From positions 930,001 to 994,000 of the forward strand of contig JBDOQK010000001.1 in the NCBI GenBank assembly GCA_040437565.1: a DNA stretch of 64,000 nt, read 5' to 3'. The position numbers and the translations under genes are program-made. Below are positions 10,640 through 23,142 of the stretch, one piece after another. Numbering within the stretch: position 1 is the stretch's first letter; each line of letters begins with the position of its first letter. Origin of the DNA: Albugo candida. Taxonomy: Eukaryota. Under the pieces are notes generated by a model. It was not told where the DNA came from, searched no databases, and was given only the letters and a program-made list of their open reading frames with translations.

Positions 10640-13446
10640 TTAGTATCGTGTTCGAACACTGCGTCGAGGATTCCGTCGAACCGGTTCTGACGATACATTT
10701 TGAAGGGAGATATCTTTACTCGATCGAGACGGTGTTGAGAACATCTCCTCATCCTCTGCGTTGTTCTTTTCTCTTCGCTTTGGTGATGTTCCGTCAGGCG
10801 ATTTGAACTCTTCTAGAAAATTGAAAGGTTTTGAGGCATTGGGCGACATCGACTGGTCCTCTGATCTCGAGACTGTATATCCTTCAGTTCTTTGATATGC
10901 TTTATTCAGCTCGCTTTCGGCAGTGTCTTCTTGCTTGGAATCAATTGCCAAGTCAGATGCTAAAAAGATTCGGTAAACAAGCGATTTCGCTTATACTTTC
11001 ATGAGCATACCTTCATTACTATCACGATCGCCTCCGCTAAGTGATGCGCTGATTTTCGATCGTCTGGACTTTGCACTTGATAAGCTGAAGCGGCCTATCA
11101 CATTTGTGCATAATTTCAGTTTTCATCGTACTGCATACAATATATCAAGAGCTTACCGTAGGATCGTCTCCATGTCGCTCCCATCATGTGCTCGTTTTGT
11201 GGTAGCCTGCTGTGCGGCGTGGACTCATTTGTCGACAACTTGGATACTGAAGAGTTGACCGGAGTAGAATCAATCGATTCTATCCGACGACGAAGGCTTT
11301 GCTGCTGGGTTGAGATCATATCATTCTCGCTTTCTCTGTGGAGCGAGCTTGTCTGCGAAGGTCTTATTGAAAATTCTCCCGGAGAATACTGAGAATTCGC
11401 ATCCGTTGTTTGGTCCTGCGCACTGCACATTGCGGCAGAATCGTGTATAGAATTAACATCTTTGTTCGTGCTCATGGTTTGGTCCTCACCAGATATTTCG
11501 TCATTGTGAATATTGACTCCTTCCAAGACGCACCACTTTTCAAACCCACCAGAAATCTCATCGATTGGCTCGGGGCTGCAAGACTTCAACAGGGCAGTTC
11601 TTGTACGAATGGCGTCACAATTCAGCAACAAACTTGCTTCACTAGAATCACCTTGAGTACATTGTCGAATGCACTTAATTTGGCCATGATGGATCATCCA
11701 AGCCGTCTCATACTGATGACGAAGTGTATGATAGATGATGACCAAGTCCACTCTTTTGAGGAATCGTTCTGCAACCATGTCATTGTTTTTTGGATTAATT
11801 CCTTGCAACATAAATCGATGAAAAAGCTGTTCTTCTTTTTTTGTGAGTGACATGCGCTGAACAAATAACTTGAGCCCCTCATTACGCTCCATCCATGAGA
11901 GTATCACGTCCAACATGTCTTGTCTGTTGCCTCGACGCATCAGCATCAATGCCTGCTCCCATTGATTCATTTCGAGTGCCAGCAAAATGGCACTTTCTGA
12001 TTTTGCGTCTGTGTTTGCATCATTCAAACCGAAAAAATGCCAGAGTTTCCACGCTAAAGGAGCCACTCCACGCTGCAAAAGCGTTTGTACCACATGGATC
12101 ATCGCTGAGTCTTCTAGATCATCCGCTGATTGCAAGTGCATTGCGCTTGCTTGAGCCAGAAGTGGAACCGCATGGTGATAGACTCCGCTCATTAAATTCT
12201 CATCGCCGTGAAGCACGGAAGAGTTTTCAATAAGCCAAATCGCGAATAAAGTGAGTTTCATATCTTCCCGTAGGCCTAAAGTACTTGCTAAAGAGTCTGC
12301 AAGTTGCCGAAAGTTGAGCAGAAAATCATCCAATTCCAGCTTTTGCTGCCGTGAAAAAGAGCAGATCCAAATGCGGTCTAGACCAAAGTAGAACAAGAAT
12401 GCAATTGATACCCCAAAGTATGATTCCACAGACTCGTGACGCATTTCGTGAATATAGTCTTCCATAAATTGACCAAGTGTCTCCGTTCGATGTAAAATCT
12501 GCAAAAGAGTTCCGACTTTGAGCGGAGGAGATCCATCGGCGAATACAGTAAATGGCTGAATACCCGCGTTCTTTAAGACTGTCTCAATCATAAGCTGTTG
12601 TTCAAGCTCTCCTAATAGTGCTGCATGTGTTGGACCATGACGTTCTTGAAATTGCCGAGCACATGCCGCCCGATGGCTCAGTACATTCTTATAATGCATT
12701 ATATACTCACCATCTGTCATTAGATAATTTCGATTCTCCAAGAGCCAAGAAACGTATTGTGACTTGTATGAAATTGCCTGGCTTCTGTACAGTAATTCCA
12801 AAAGCTCCATGGTTCCTGCTTTTGTTAGCTCAGCAAGCTCTGTGTCTTGATCGATTCCATCAAGCGTTGAATGCGTAGCACTATAAAATCTGTCCACAAG
12901 CGCTAATACGATACATCGAAGTCCATTTGATTGGCGGATCACACACTCCAATGTCTCAATGCCATCGGCAATTTTCCCATTCTCACATTCGAAACGCTGA
13001 AGGCAGCAATTATCAAAATCTGAAGTGATAAGCTCCACATTTCGCTCCAAACTCTCGACACATCGGCGTACCCATTGCTTCGCGGCGATCGGCTCCTTCA
13101 GCACGTGATTTTTGTGACCCAAATTTCTACCAAATTGACTGCGTTCAGAGCCATTTTCTTCAGCACGGATATACGCAGCGATAAGGCTTCCTAAACCGGC
13201 TCGGAGACATATGTCGAAAAGTGCGTTGCGCTGGACAAGCGCTGGGATGTCTAGATTTTTCGTAGATTCCTGCTCAGCTAATCGAGCTCGTTTGAATAGA
13301 CCCGAAACCATAAAAAACTCATATGTTTCCGCAGGTTCAGCAAACGGCTTCCATCCGAGCTCTCCAAAGTGTTCAAGAACCTATGGTGAAGTAATGAGGG
13401 CACAGTTGCAAGGTCAGGCTGTTTATTAACTTACGGGCAAAAGCAT
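10640..13446 (-). CDS. ELYS-domain nucleoporin-like protein, HOS1-like (about 4 exons)
   Basis: 731-aa core ORF with ELYS-like patterns (SIAFLFYFGLD, AIWLIE, IHVVQTLLQRG, MSLTKKEEQ, LVIIYHTLRHQYETA) and HOS1-like N-terminal blocks (ALVQRNALFDICL…SLIAAYI…KQWVRR). Likely 5' exon MLLP (ATG 13446; intron 13381-13434). Two 3' introns lead to a basic C-terminus RRNPRRSVRTRY* at 10640. Confidence 0.6.
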
Positions 13447-14053
13447 TGGATCTGCAAGTGATTTTATCATTATATTTAAGAGGGCCTTCATGATTTGATA
13501 TTATAAGCATGAGATACAACAGATGTGTGATGCTATCTGGATGAGATCTTTCTGAAGGTTTGAAGCGCATTTCGACTTTGGGAATGCATCAAATACTCTC
13601 ATGAATCTTATCATAATTCCTAAAAACGGTCGATTTTCAAGCATCAAAAGCGCTTGTGAATTAACAATGGTGGGCCTGAATCAAATCTTTCTCACCACCT
13701 AATCTACTACCGCAAGAATCAGCTGCGCAATCCAACAGCTACGTTTTCTACTGCAACGTCATTGTTTGAAATCGACATGACCAAATGAAAGGGATATTTT
13801 GTCAGATGACGCGCAATTTGGATCCCGCTTGTGCACTTGAGATAGAACTCTATTTGATATGTCAATAGTCATATGCCTCAATATATAATGCAGCGCTCTA
13901 CCAATTATTGTACTAAGCTGCTTCCTTATCTTCGACTTTATTGAATAGCACATAAACCTCCAAAGCAATACGAAGATTTGACTGAATTCACTGCGTGAAA
14001 AAGCCGTTCACCTTACCTGTAATACCGGTAGGGCCACACTCTGAAGAGCTGTT

Positions 14054-17000
14054 ATGGGCAATGCAAAATCATCTTCTTCTGCTTCATCTTCTGACAAAGC
14101 TGTTGCTCAAGCGTTCTCTCGCACTACTTCCCTTATCAAAGATCAATTCAATCTCTCAATAATCGGACATCATGGGATACCGTATAACGCCAAAGTAGTC
14201 GCATTCTGTAGTGAGCAAGGAATTCTCGCAGTCGGCACAGCCAGCGGAACAATTAAAATATATGGTGGAAATGGTTTCGAAGCTCTTCTCCAAGCACCAA
14301 CTCTCACTTTGGAAGGAGATGCACAGTATCCTGTTCCAAGATCGCCCAGTGTAACGCGTCTAAACTTCACAGGACAGCACCGCCTCATTGCTACGTACTC
14401 TAACAGCTCCATTCAAACATTTGATTTTCTTGCACAGAGTGCCAACGACCATAAAATAGCACAAGTGTCTAGTCATTGGACAACAAATGTGATTGTGGCC
14501 GTGGAAACGATGCCGTATTTCCCAAACTATCCGTTTTATTACGTCGCTACCGATGATGGGCACGTTCATGTGATACACGAAGTAACAGGAAAAATCTGTA
14601 CTAATTACACGATCACACCACAGGCAGTAGGAGTAGTTAACAAAGCAGTAGAGGATCAAGGCTGTCCACTCTGCATCTCTGCGATGGCTTCGAACCCACA
14701 GAATGGAAATCAGTTGGTACTGACATATGAAGGTGGCGACATAATTTATCTGTGGGATGTCCTTCGAAGAAAGACGGTCAGAGAGTATTCGCTCACTTAC
14801 GGGAAAAGTGGAAGAAAAAGTCAGATGGATCGACGTAATGCTGTGCGATCGATATCGTGGCATAAAAATGGGAAATATTTTGTAGCTGCGTATCTCTTTG
14901 GAGGATACTCAGTCTTTCATGTGGACAAAATGAAGGGAATATATCGTACAATTGGTAATGGAGATGACAATACTGCCATGCAACTGATCCATTGGGTTTC
15001 TGCCCCGCCCACCAGCTCGCACACAAATCTCGCCGGAGCCATCATTTTCACAGGTGGAAGCATCGACCGAACGGCATCATGTAGCGATGGAGATATTACA
15101 TCGCTTTCGCCTGAGTCAACAGTTCGGATATTGTATCCACCGCTGAACTTGTCGCCAGAAGATGCTCTCATCAATCTCTTCAAAGGAGAACTTCTTACAT
15201 GGAAGCTTACAGCGATCGAGGCTATCGACAAGGCCAACATTATCGATTTTGCTGTGAACGACGATCAGGTGNNNNNNNNNNNNNNNNNNNNNNNNNNNNN
15301 NNNNNNNNNNNNNNNNNNNNNNNNNNNNNNNNNNNNNNNNNNNNNNNNNNNNNNNNNNNNNNNNNNNNNNNGCTTCATCTTCTGACAAAGCTGTTGCTCA
15401 AGCGTTCTCTCGCACTACTTCCCTTATCAAAGATCAATTCAATCTCTCAATAATCGGACATCATGGGATACCGTATAACGCCAAAGTAGTCGCATTCTGT
15501 AGTGAGCAAGGAATTCTCGCAGTCGGCACAGCCAGCGGAACAATTAAAATATATGGTGGAAATGGTTTCGAAGCTCTTCTCCAAGCACCAACTCTCACTT
15601 TGGAAGGAGATGCACAGTATCCTGTTCCAAGATCGCCCAGTGTAACGCGTCTAAACTTCACAGGACAGCACCGCCTCATTGCTACGTACTCTAACAGCTC
15701 CATTCAAACATTTGATTTTCTTGCACAGAGTGCCAACGACCATAAAATAGCACAAGTGTCTAGTCATTGGACAACAAATGTGATTGTGGCCGTGGAAACG
15801 ATGCCGTATTTCCCAAACTATCCGTTTTATTACGTCGCTACCGATGATGGGCACGTTCATGTGATACACGAAGTAACAGGAAAAATCTGTACTAATTACA
15901 CGATCACACCACAGGCAGTAGGAGTAGTTAACAAAGCAGTAGAGGATCAAGGCTGTCCACTCTGCATCTCTGCGATGGCTTCGAACCCACAGAATGGAAA
16001 TCAGTTGGTACTGACATATGAAGGTGGCGACATAATTTATCTGTGGGATGTCCTTCGAAGAAAGACGGTCAGAGAGTATTCGCTCACTTACGGGAAAAGT
16101 GGAAGAAAAAGTCAGATGGATCGACGTAATGCTGTGCGATCGATATCGTGGCATAAAAATGGGAAATATTTTGTAGCTGCGTATCTCTTTGGAGGATACT
16201 CAGTCTTTCATGTGGACAAAATGAAGGGAATATATCGTACAATTGGTAATGGAGATGACAATACTGCCATGCAACTGATCCATTGGGTTTCTGCCCCGCC
16301 CACCAGCTCGCACACAAATCTCGCCGGAGCCATCATTTTCACAGGTGGAAGCATCGACCGAACGGCATCATGTAGCGATGGAGATATTACATCGCTTTCG
16401 CCTGAGTCAACAGTTCGGATATTGTATCCACCGCTGAACTTGTCGCCAGAAGATGCTCTCATCAATCTCTTCAAAGGAGAACTTCTTACATGGAAGCTTA
16501 CAGCGATCGAGGCTATCGACAAGGCCAACATTATCGATTTTGCTGTGAACGACGATCAGGTGAATTCCTGTCTTAAAATCGCACCATTTTCAATGATCAT
16601 TCTGTCTGGAAGCTGTATGGATGGATTAATACCTCGGCTGAGTGTGCAGCCATTGCCTGCATTTATAAGTTTCAAGGAGAACAACAGAGAGGAATGGGAA
16701 TGGAAACCCGATAAATTGGTCCGTGCCTGCAATGCAAGCTCATCTCTTGAGCATTTCGAGCATGACGGAAGGATATCATCTACAACGCCCAGCGTCCACT
16801 CAATTTCCGTGATACCCATTTTGAGTGAGAATGGGGTGAATTTTCTACAGGATCTAAAGCACAGCTGGGTGCGAGAAAAAGACATGCGGCAAAGGAAGAT
16901 TGGATTACCTGATGACCACCAAGGCGAGCATGATGGGGTTTATTCCTGGCCTCTGTCAGGCGGTATCGTTTTAGAGCCCCTTCTGCATGAATTCTGTGCA

Positions 17001-19416
17001 AGTAATAACCTCCACCAATTTCAACTGGTTCACAATCTGCTGATAGCATCGACCTCAACTGGGGCTCAATTCTGGGAGCTTATTTGTCCGGCAGACGCAT
17101 CCAGCAGGGGTCTTCTTAATCCCATATACAACTTTAGCTTTTTCAACGACGGAATTCTGCAAAGTTGTAAACACATTAAAGAGGATTGTACGATGGAAAG
17201 AAAAATATCTGGCGAAGTAAGTACCGTTGCATTCTGTCAGGATGCACGGATTTTGGCATTCGGCTTTACAAGTGGAGAAATTGTCTGCATGCAGTATCAA
17301 TATGAACAATCGACAAATTCTGATCAAGTCGACGTGGAGGTAGAATCCCGTGCTGAATTGGAAGGAAATGCAGACAGCTGCTTTCAGCAATTATTCCTTC
17401 AAAGTGTGTCATCAAAGGAGATCAAAATGATATCTCTCGCGACCGCCTATTCGTATGCTATCGTCATCGATTCTGTTGGAAAGATTGTTGCGATCGATTT
17501 CAAGACATCTCAGCAAACAATTATACAAGCATCCATAGAAGCAGCACCGGAAATGGTAGACTCGATGCTCTTTACCGAGCTTATTCAAATCACAGAAATT
17601 CCCACTGAGGAAAGACTGTCAAAGATTTCGAACGAAGGGGACGCTAACGACGTGAAGAATACCAGAAAATACAAAAATTGGTCATCACTTGAAAAACTTA
17701 ATCGATCCAAGCAACCAGGCGCTTTTCCATCACCTATTGTCACGCAATATCATCGCGAATGTATCCCAGTCTTATTTATTGGGCGTCCGCGAGGGCGTAT
17801 AGAGATGTTTTATATGCACAGTATGATCAAAATCGCGGAATTTGTGCTGGAACCTTGCAGTATGGGCAGCGTATCATCCATTCTTATGGTCGATTTGGAA
17901 GGGAAACCCGTTTTGCTGCCTGGGGAAGACTGGAAAGCAGCTGCAGTCATGGGAACTTTACAAGCTCAAGATGTTGTCGTCCATGACGATATTGACCTGA
18001 ATGAAAAGCCGGAAATAACTGAAACAGCGGATGCTGATGCCTCACAGCCCACACAAGAAGCTCGCGAGGTCGAGCAAAACCTCACAAAACATTTAGTCAA
18101 AGAGCTCCTTGGTCGTGATGATCCTGCAGCACAATTCGATCCTCTTAATTGGAAGGATACCGAGCTTGTTGAGGTGTATGTGGACGCTGGTTCACTGGGT
18201 CTGCAACTATGTCACGAGATTGATGACAAAGCTGTCATTCAGGGGTTTGTGAGCGATCATTCAGTTGCCAATATGCTCGAAAATCGAGGCGTTAGGCTCG
18301 GAGACGTGCTCGTTCAGCTCAATGGATTCGATGTGACAAAGTACAATCGAAATGAGATCTGTATGCTTCTGGATAGTCTGAAGGATCGTGTGAAATACAT
18401 AACGTTTGCGCATGATCTTGACAGAGAACCCTTAGAAGCAGCTGGACATGATGAAAATCGTACTCAAGCTTCAAAAGATCAACCGATACGGTTTTTGCTT
18501 TGCACATGCGATGATTCAGTACATCTCCTTCAAGCAGCACTTCCCAAAGCATCCGATTTGGCTACTGGATATCGTCAAGTCTCGACTCAGCCGGTCGCAT
18601 CCGCTAGAGTTCGGAGTACGATCCTACTGACATCCATAGTACGGGTTCCGATTCCCACGCACCATGGAGTGGAGCACTGTGTAGTCGTCCTCGATCAAAG
18701 TCGGCATATGTACATACTGTCATTGCTATCCTTACAAATTATCTGGGAGCAAGAATGTATGGCAATAAGCAGCATATTGGACGGAGTGCAATTCCAGTGC
18801 ACGTACGATGGCGAACTGGTTGTATTGAGTGGTACGGGCGAGCTGGAGCGCTTTCGTCTCTTCTCCGAAACAACAGCCCGCGATAATGTCGGACTCCAGC
18901 GCCGTTGTGTCAAAACAACAATTTATGATTCTACTCGACAGCGGCCAGTGACGCTCTTCTCTACACAAAAAGAAAATGGTCAGCAAAAAAAGACGAAATC
19001 CGGGTCGTCGTTCAGTGATGCTGGCAAAATATTCAAAAAGCTTGTCATAGGCTCATCAGCGGGATCTTCGCCGAAAGAAGCCGACTTGACCAAGCTGTTT
19101 GAGTTTATGACCGAAGAACAAGAGCGTCGAGAGTTGCTCGGTAATCGTTCTCCATCACATATTCCGATAACGCCTTCCACGCAAAAATTGGGGGATACAA
19201 AAAATGTGCTGATGCAAACAGCTCAGGTAAAATGAACGCTGTGTTTCTGTATTCTGACGCTAAGGGGCATTTTTGTAGCAATTGCATGAGCGAGGCGATA
19301 AATTACGGGACATTGGCCTGAAAACAGAACAAATGAAAGAAGCATCTGAGAATTTCTATCAATCCATGAAGGCGTTCAATGAGAAAAATGCCAAGAAGAA
19401 ATGGTACGAGCCGTAA
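14054..19416 (+). CDS. Tomosyn / Lgl-Sro7-family WD40 protein with internal PDZ domain and C-terminal R-SNARE-like helix (gap with duplicated overlap inside)
   Basis: N-terminal GHHGIP…QGILAVGTASGTIKIYG (Lgl/tomosyn signature). After intron 19227-19278 the last exon encodes QLHERGDKLRDIGLKTEQMKEASENF…KKKWYEP*, the tomosyn-type R-SNARE tail. Confidence 0.82.
14081..16562. repeat. 1191-bp exact direct duplication (14081-15271 = 15372-16562) flanking 100-N gap 15272-15371; probable assembly overlap
   Basis: Identical sequence and identical ORF translations, offset 1291. Confidence 0.9.
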
Positions 19417-19426
19417 ATGTAATCAA

Positions 19427-20296
19427 TTATGGGAAACAGACCCGAACAAGTGTCAGTCCTTTTGCTGGTGCTCCTTGTCCTGCCTGCCGGCGATCCCGAG
19501 CAAGAAGTATTTTAGAGATCGATGAGGCATCGATCTTGCCCAAGCCGACATCGACTAATGTTCCAACTATATTACGCACCATTTTGTACAAAAATCGATC
19601 TCCGGAAATGCGTATTCGTATCCATAATTGCTGTTCATGATTGATCTCTTCTTGAAAGGCTTGGTCCAGTGTGATGTCGAGCGCATGCAAGATGCAGAAT
19701 GTGTCTGTACCCTCCTTTGCATCAGCTCGTTCACCTGAAAACGACGCATAGTCTCTTTTCTCTCGATGCATAATTACTTGTGCTGCTTCCTTCATGGCTC
19801 TAATATCGACAAGCTGGCGCACAAACCAAACATGGAACCGTTCCTGTACAGGTCGAACTCCACCGCTTACAATTCGATACTCGTATTCTTTTCCTATCGA
19901 TAATTTGCGCGGATCCATTCGATCACTATTGATGCTCAACTTTACACATTGAAGGCACGAAATCGCACCATCCAACCGAGAATTCAATGCGTTTCCAAGT
20001 GTTTTACCATCCACAGAGCACTGACTATCAAATACAACTACCTGGCCACGAGCGTGGACTCCTCTGTCTGTGCGCGAGCAAGCTCGTATGCGTACGACTT
20101 CCCCTGTTGTTCTGAGAATTGCATCCTCGATGGCTTCTTGAACGGTTGAAGTGTCGACAGTTTCCTGAGCCTGAAATCCGTTATAATTTGTACCATCGTA
20201 TGCTATAATGCATTTGAATTGGTGCGCGGGGCCCGTAATATTCTTTGGCAATAACGAGGCAGATGGTTGCCGAAGGACTTTTTTCGCTCTGCTCAT
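19427..20296 (-). CDS. truA: tRNA pseudouridine synthase A (TruA family)
   Basis: IAYDGTNYNGFQ, catalytic SRTDRGVHA, FLYKMVRNIVG, APAKGLTL. Confidence 0.92.
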   Translation of the reverse strand: MSRAKKVLRQPSASLLPKNITGPAHQFKCIIAYDGTNYNGFQAQETVDTSTVQEAIEDAILRTTGEVVRIRACSRTDRGVHARGQVVVFDSQCSVDGKTLGNALNSRLDGAISCLQCVKLSINSDRMDPRKLSIGKEYEYRIVSGGVRPVQERFHVWFVRQLVDIRAMKEAAQVIMHREKRDYASFSGERADAKEGTDTFCILHALDITLDQAFQEEINHEQQLWIRIRISGDRFLYKMVRNIVGTLVDVGLGKIDASSISKILLARDRRQAGQGAPAKGLTLVRVCFP

Positions 20297-20448
20297 GCGA
20301 CAAGATCCTCCAAAATTTGATGCGGCATGCAGTTGATGTCCAGTGATTTATCGATGAATAGCATTGACGTATCATTATCATAGTTTTATTATAGAGTTGC
20401 ATGGTTTCAACTACATCTCTATCGAATATTGCGTATGATTATATGTGG

Positions 20449-21147
20449 CTAGTCATCCAGTAGACGACCAACAATGGCGTATTTTTGCTGAAATTTCTTA
20501 CACCACTCGACCAAAACGATCTGTTGTTCGGCATTGGTTTTGCTCAAATCGTGATCATCTAGATATTCTGGATCAAATGACATACAAGCTAGGGAACGCG
20601 ATGCGTCTCGCCCTGCAAATTGCTCATACGACCCACCAGGACCGTAGAATTCTTTACCGTTTGCTGTAACGTCATAGATCGTACCGCATAGTCCGATATA
20701 AATCGCACCTCTTATATCATCTTTTCCGTTGTATCGAAGAAGCTGTTTGTGCGTCAAATCTTGGGATAACACTAATCTACCTACGATCGGATAATTCTTC
20801 TCATCTCGAATTTGCGCGATCCGTTCTTCCAGTATCTCTACTTCGTCGCGGTTCAGATCGTCGAGTTGAACATTCTCAATATCGCGCAATTCGAGTGACT
20901 TTTTCGCTACAGCACGCGAGATATCGTGACCTGCATAGCACGAAAGCTGTCCTCGCTGACCGTATACCTCTCGATCGACAGCGGCGTCGTACACCTCACT
21001 AAGCAATGATATGTATACTTTTCCATTGTCTACATCCGTGTATGCCCGTAGCGCCTCTGGACTGAATGTGCGTGGCTCCGATGAATCACTCTTTTCGAAG
21101 TTTTGTAAATCTTGCGGTCCTTTTGGCGTCACAATAGCGTTTCCCAT
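20449..21147 (-). CDS. MAPR-family (cytochrome b5-like heme/steroid-binding) protein with two tandem domains; MG N-terminus
   Basis: Two repeats: VYD…VYGQRGQLSCYAGHDISR and IYDVT…FYGPGGSYEQFAGRDASR, each ending Y.IVGRL. Confidence 0.87.
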   Translation of the reverse strand: MGNAIVTPKGPQDLQNFEKSDSSEPRTFSPEALRAYTDVDNGKVYISLLSEVYDAAVDREVYGQRGQLSCYAGHDISRAVAKKSLELRDIENVQLDDLNRDEVEILEERIAQIRDEKNYPIVGRLVLSQDLTHKQLLRYNGKDDIRGAIYIGLCGTIYDVTANGKEFYGPGGSYEQFAGRDASRSLACMSFDPEYLDDHDLSKTNAEQQIVLVEWCKKFQQKYAIVGRLLDD

Positions 21148-21241
21148 TGTCAGAAAATGATTGCGTCGAGCAGTCGTACGAATATCCTATCTTTAGCTAT
21201 CGTTGCTGCAATCACCTGTGCATTAAAGCTTACACGGTCAC

Positions 21242-22051
21242 TTATTCATCAACTAAATTCCCGACAACAGGGTACTTTTTCGTAAACTTGTTCACCCAGT
21301 CTGTGAGTGTCTTCTTTTGCGTTTCGGTTAAATCGTCGAGCGACGTGTTCACCAGATACTTCTGGTCGAACGACATGACTGCTAACGCTCGGGAAGCATC
21401 CTTGCCAGCAAACGCTTTGTAGGATCCTTCTGGACCGTAAAAAGATCCTCCATCCATGGTCACGTCATAAATCTTACCGCATAGTGCGACGTAAATTATC
21501 TTCCGAACGTTATTGACTCCATTGAATCTTTCAAGCTTTTTCTTCGTGAGGTTTTGCTGACGAAGTAATCGCCCGACCACGAGGTACTTGTTATGATCTC
21601 TGAATTTGATAACCCATTCCTGTAGTGTCTGTAAAGTAGTAGATGAGAGGTCTTCCAGGTCATCATTCTCGAATTCCACTTGGTCAAATGACATAGTTGC
21701 CAAAGCACGGGAGACCTCCCGACCTGCAAAGAGGTGATAAACTCCACCAGGACCGTAGTATTCCGCACGCTCAGTCACATCATAAACATCATCCAGTAGG
21801 CAAACATATATTGGCTTGTCTTTGGTTCCATTGAATGCCCGCAACTCTTCTTTACTGTAATAACGTCGCTCAATCTCATCTTCTTTTACTTTGCGTTTAG
21901 CTTCTTCAGCTGCCAGTCGTTCTTTCACTCTGCAAAGGGCCCTTTCATGTGCTACATCTGCTGACTTATTGACCATCTTCGCAATGACGATGACCGTGAC
22001 TGCAAGCAGCGTTCCCATAATCAAATTGTTGAATCCGGAGAGCCATTCCAT
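21242..22051 (-). CDS. MAPR-family protein with N-terminal TM anchor and two tandem cytochrome b5-like domains
   Basis: Hydrophobic LIMGTLLAVTVIVIA, then VYDVT…YYGPGGVYHLFAGREVSR and IYDVT…FYGPEGSYKAFAGKDASR. First ATG at 22051. Confidence 0.88.
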   Translation of the reverse strand: MEWLSGFNNLIMGTLLAVTVIVIAKMVNKSADVAHERALCRVKERLAAEEAKRKVKEDEIERRYYSKEELRAFNGTKDKPIYVCLLDDVYDVTERAEYYGPGGVYHLFAGREVSRALATMSFDQVEFENDDLEDLSSTTLQTLQEWVIKFRDHNKYLVVGRLLRQQNLTKKKLERFNGVNNVRKIIYVALCGKIYDVTMDGGSFYGPEGSYKAFAGKDASRALAVMSFDQKYLVNTSLDDLTETQKKTLTDWVNKFTKKYPVVGNLVDE

Positions 22052-23142
22052 TGGCAATGAATGCTCAATGGACTAAAGCGCTTTTTGGATTGGTTTATAA
22101 TCAGAATGCTCTTACTGGATTGGCTTTTGCGATCTTCGATTCAAGAAAATCTTTCCAACTGCGTGATTTGGCCAGAGTGACGGATCCGAAGCGTGTGTAC
22201 GCCTTCACGCCTAAAGCTTTTTACGGATAAATTGTGAAGTATTGGCTACTTGCGAACCTTCAGCAGGATGTTGATTCCCTCTCTTGATCTCCGAGTCACC
22301 CAGAGATGCAATACGATCTAATCACCCCCAGTCCAGCATGCAGCCGCGAGAGCGCGCGGGTACGATCCATCTAGGAAAGGTATGATTTTGAAAAAACGTG
22401 TTCGCTCGGAAGGGGCCTCGTAGATTATTTTGACTTTAGAATTGCAGCATTAATTGGATGGAGTAGGACGAAAGCAAGCCATTGGAGGCATACTATCAGA
22501 CAGCTTTTATTGCGCATACATCGATTTGCAAGTTCTCGTTCTCTTTCAGTCGAACAGTGGTACTCCATTCTCATCGGCGATCTTAAGTAGATGATTTTCA
22601 TCACGCCTCAATGAATGTAAAACGCTGTTGGTTTTTAATAATAGTACTAGGGAGAACCCAAGACACATCCACAGAATTAGCTGTATTCTTCTGTGAACGA
22701 CATTTGCAATCTCAACCAAGTATATAATAGCGAGTCTTATAGGCCTCAAAGGTGCTCGCTGCTAACGAAACTCGCTACAAATACGTCGACATAGACGCAT
22801 GGTCCAAAAAAAAGCCTGGGCAACAGAGAAGCGAGCAGCAAGCGTAAAAATTAAATCTGCAGCCTGTCAAACTCTAGTACATTGCTCAAGCAAAGTCGAG
22901 TGACGTATGTAGATATTGAGAGTTTGATCTTGCCTCATTCCAAACCACATAGAATTATGAGGCATTCGTGCCTTTAGCCTCGCCAGTACATCACCTTGAA
23001 ACAGGAAGTGCTGAAAATTTTGATGAAAATTGAAAGCGTCTTCGAATGATTTGAGAAGGTTGTATGTTAGAACATCGACTTATACAGCTTAATCCATGGC
23101 TATAGATCTTCTTTTGAGAGTTGCAGTGTACGCTTGTATCAT

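Noticed and set aside
22546..22605. Possible C/D box snoRNA on the minus strand (GTGATGA…CTGA, ~60 nt)
   Set aside because: I could not identify an rRNA/snRNA-complementary guide or a terminal stem, and such short motifs arise by chance. snoscan or Infernal would settle it.
22100..23140. Unexplained ~1 kb spacer that might hide a small gene or structured RNA
   Set aside because: No convincing ORF, splice model or recognisable snRNA/RNase P/telomerase motif by eye.
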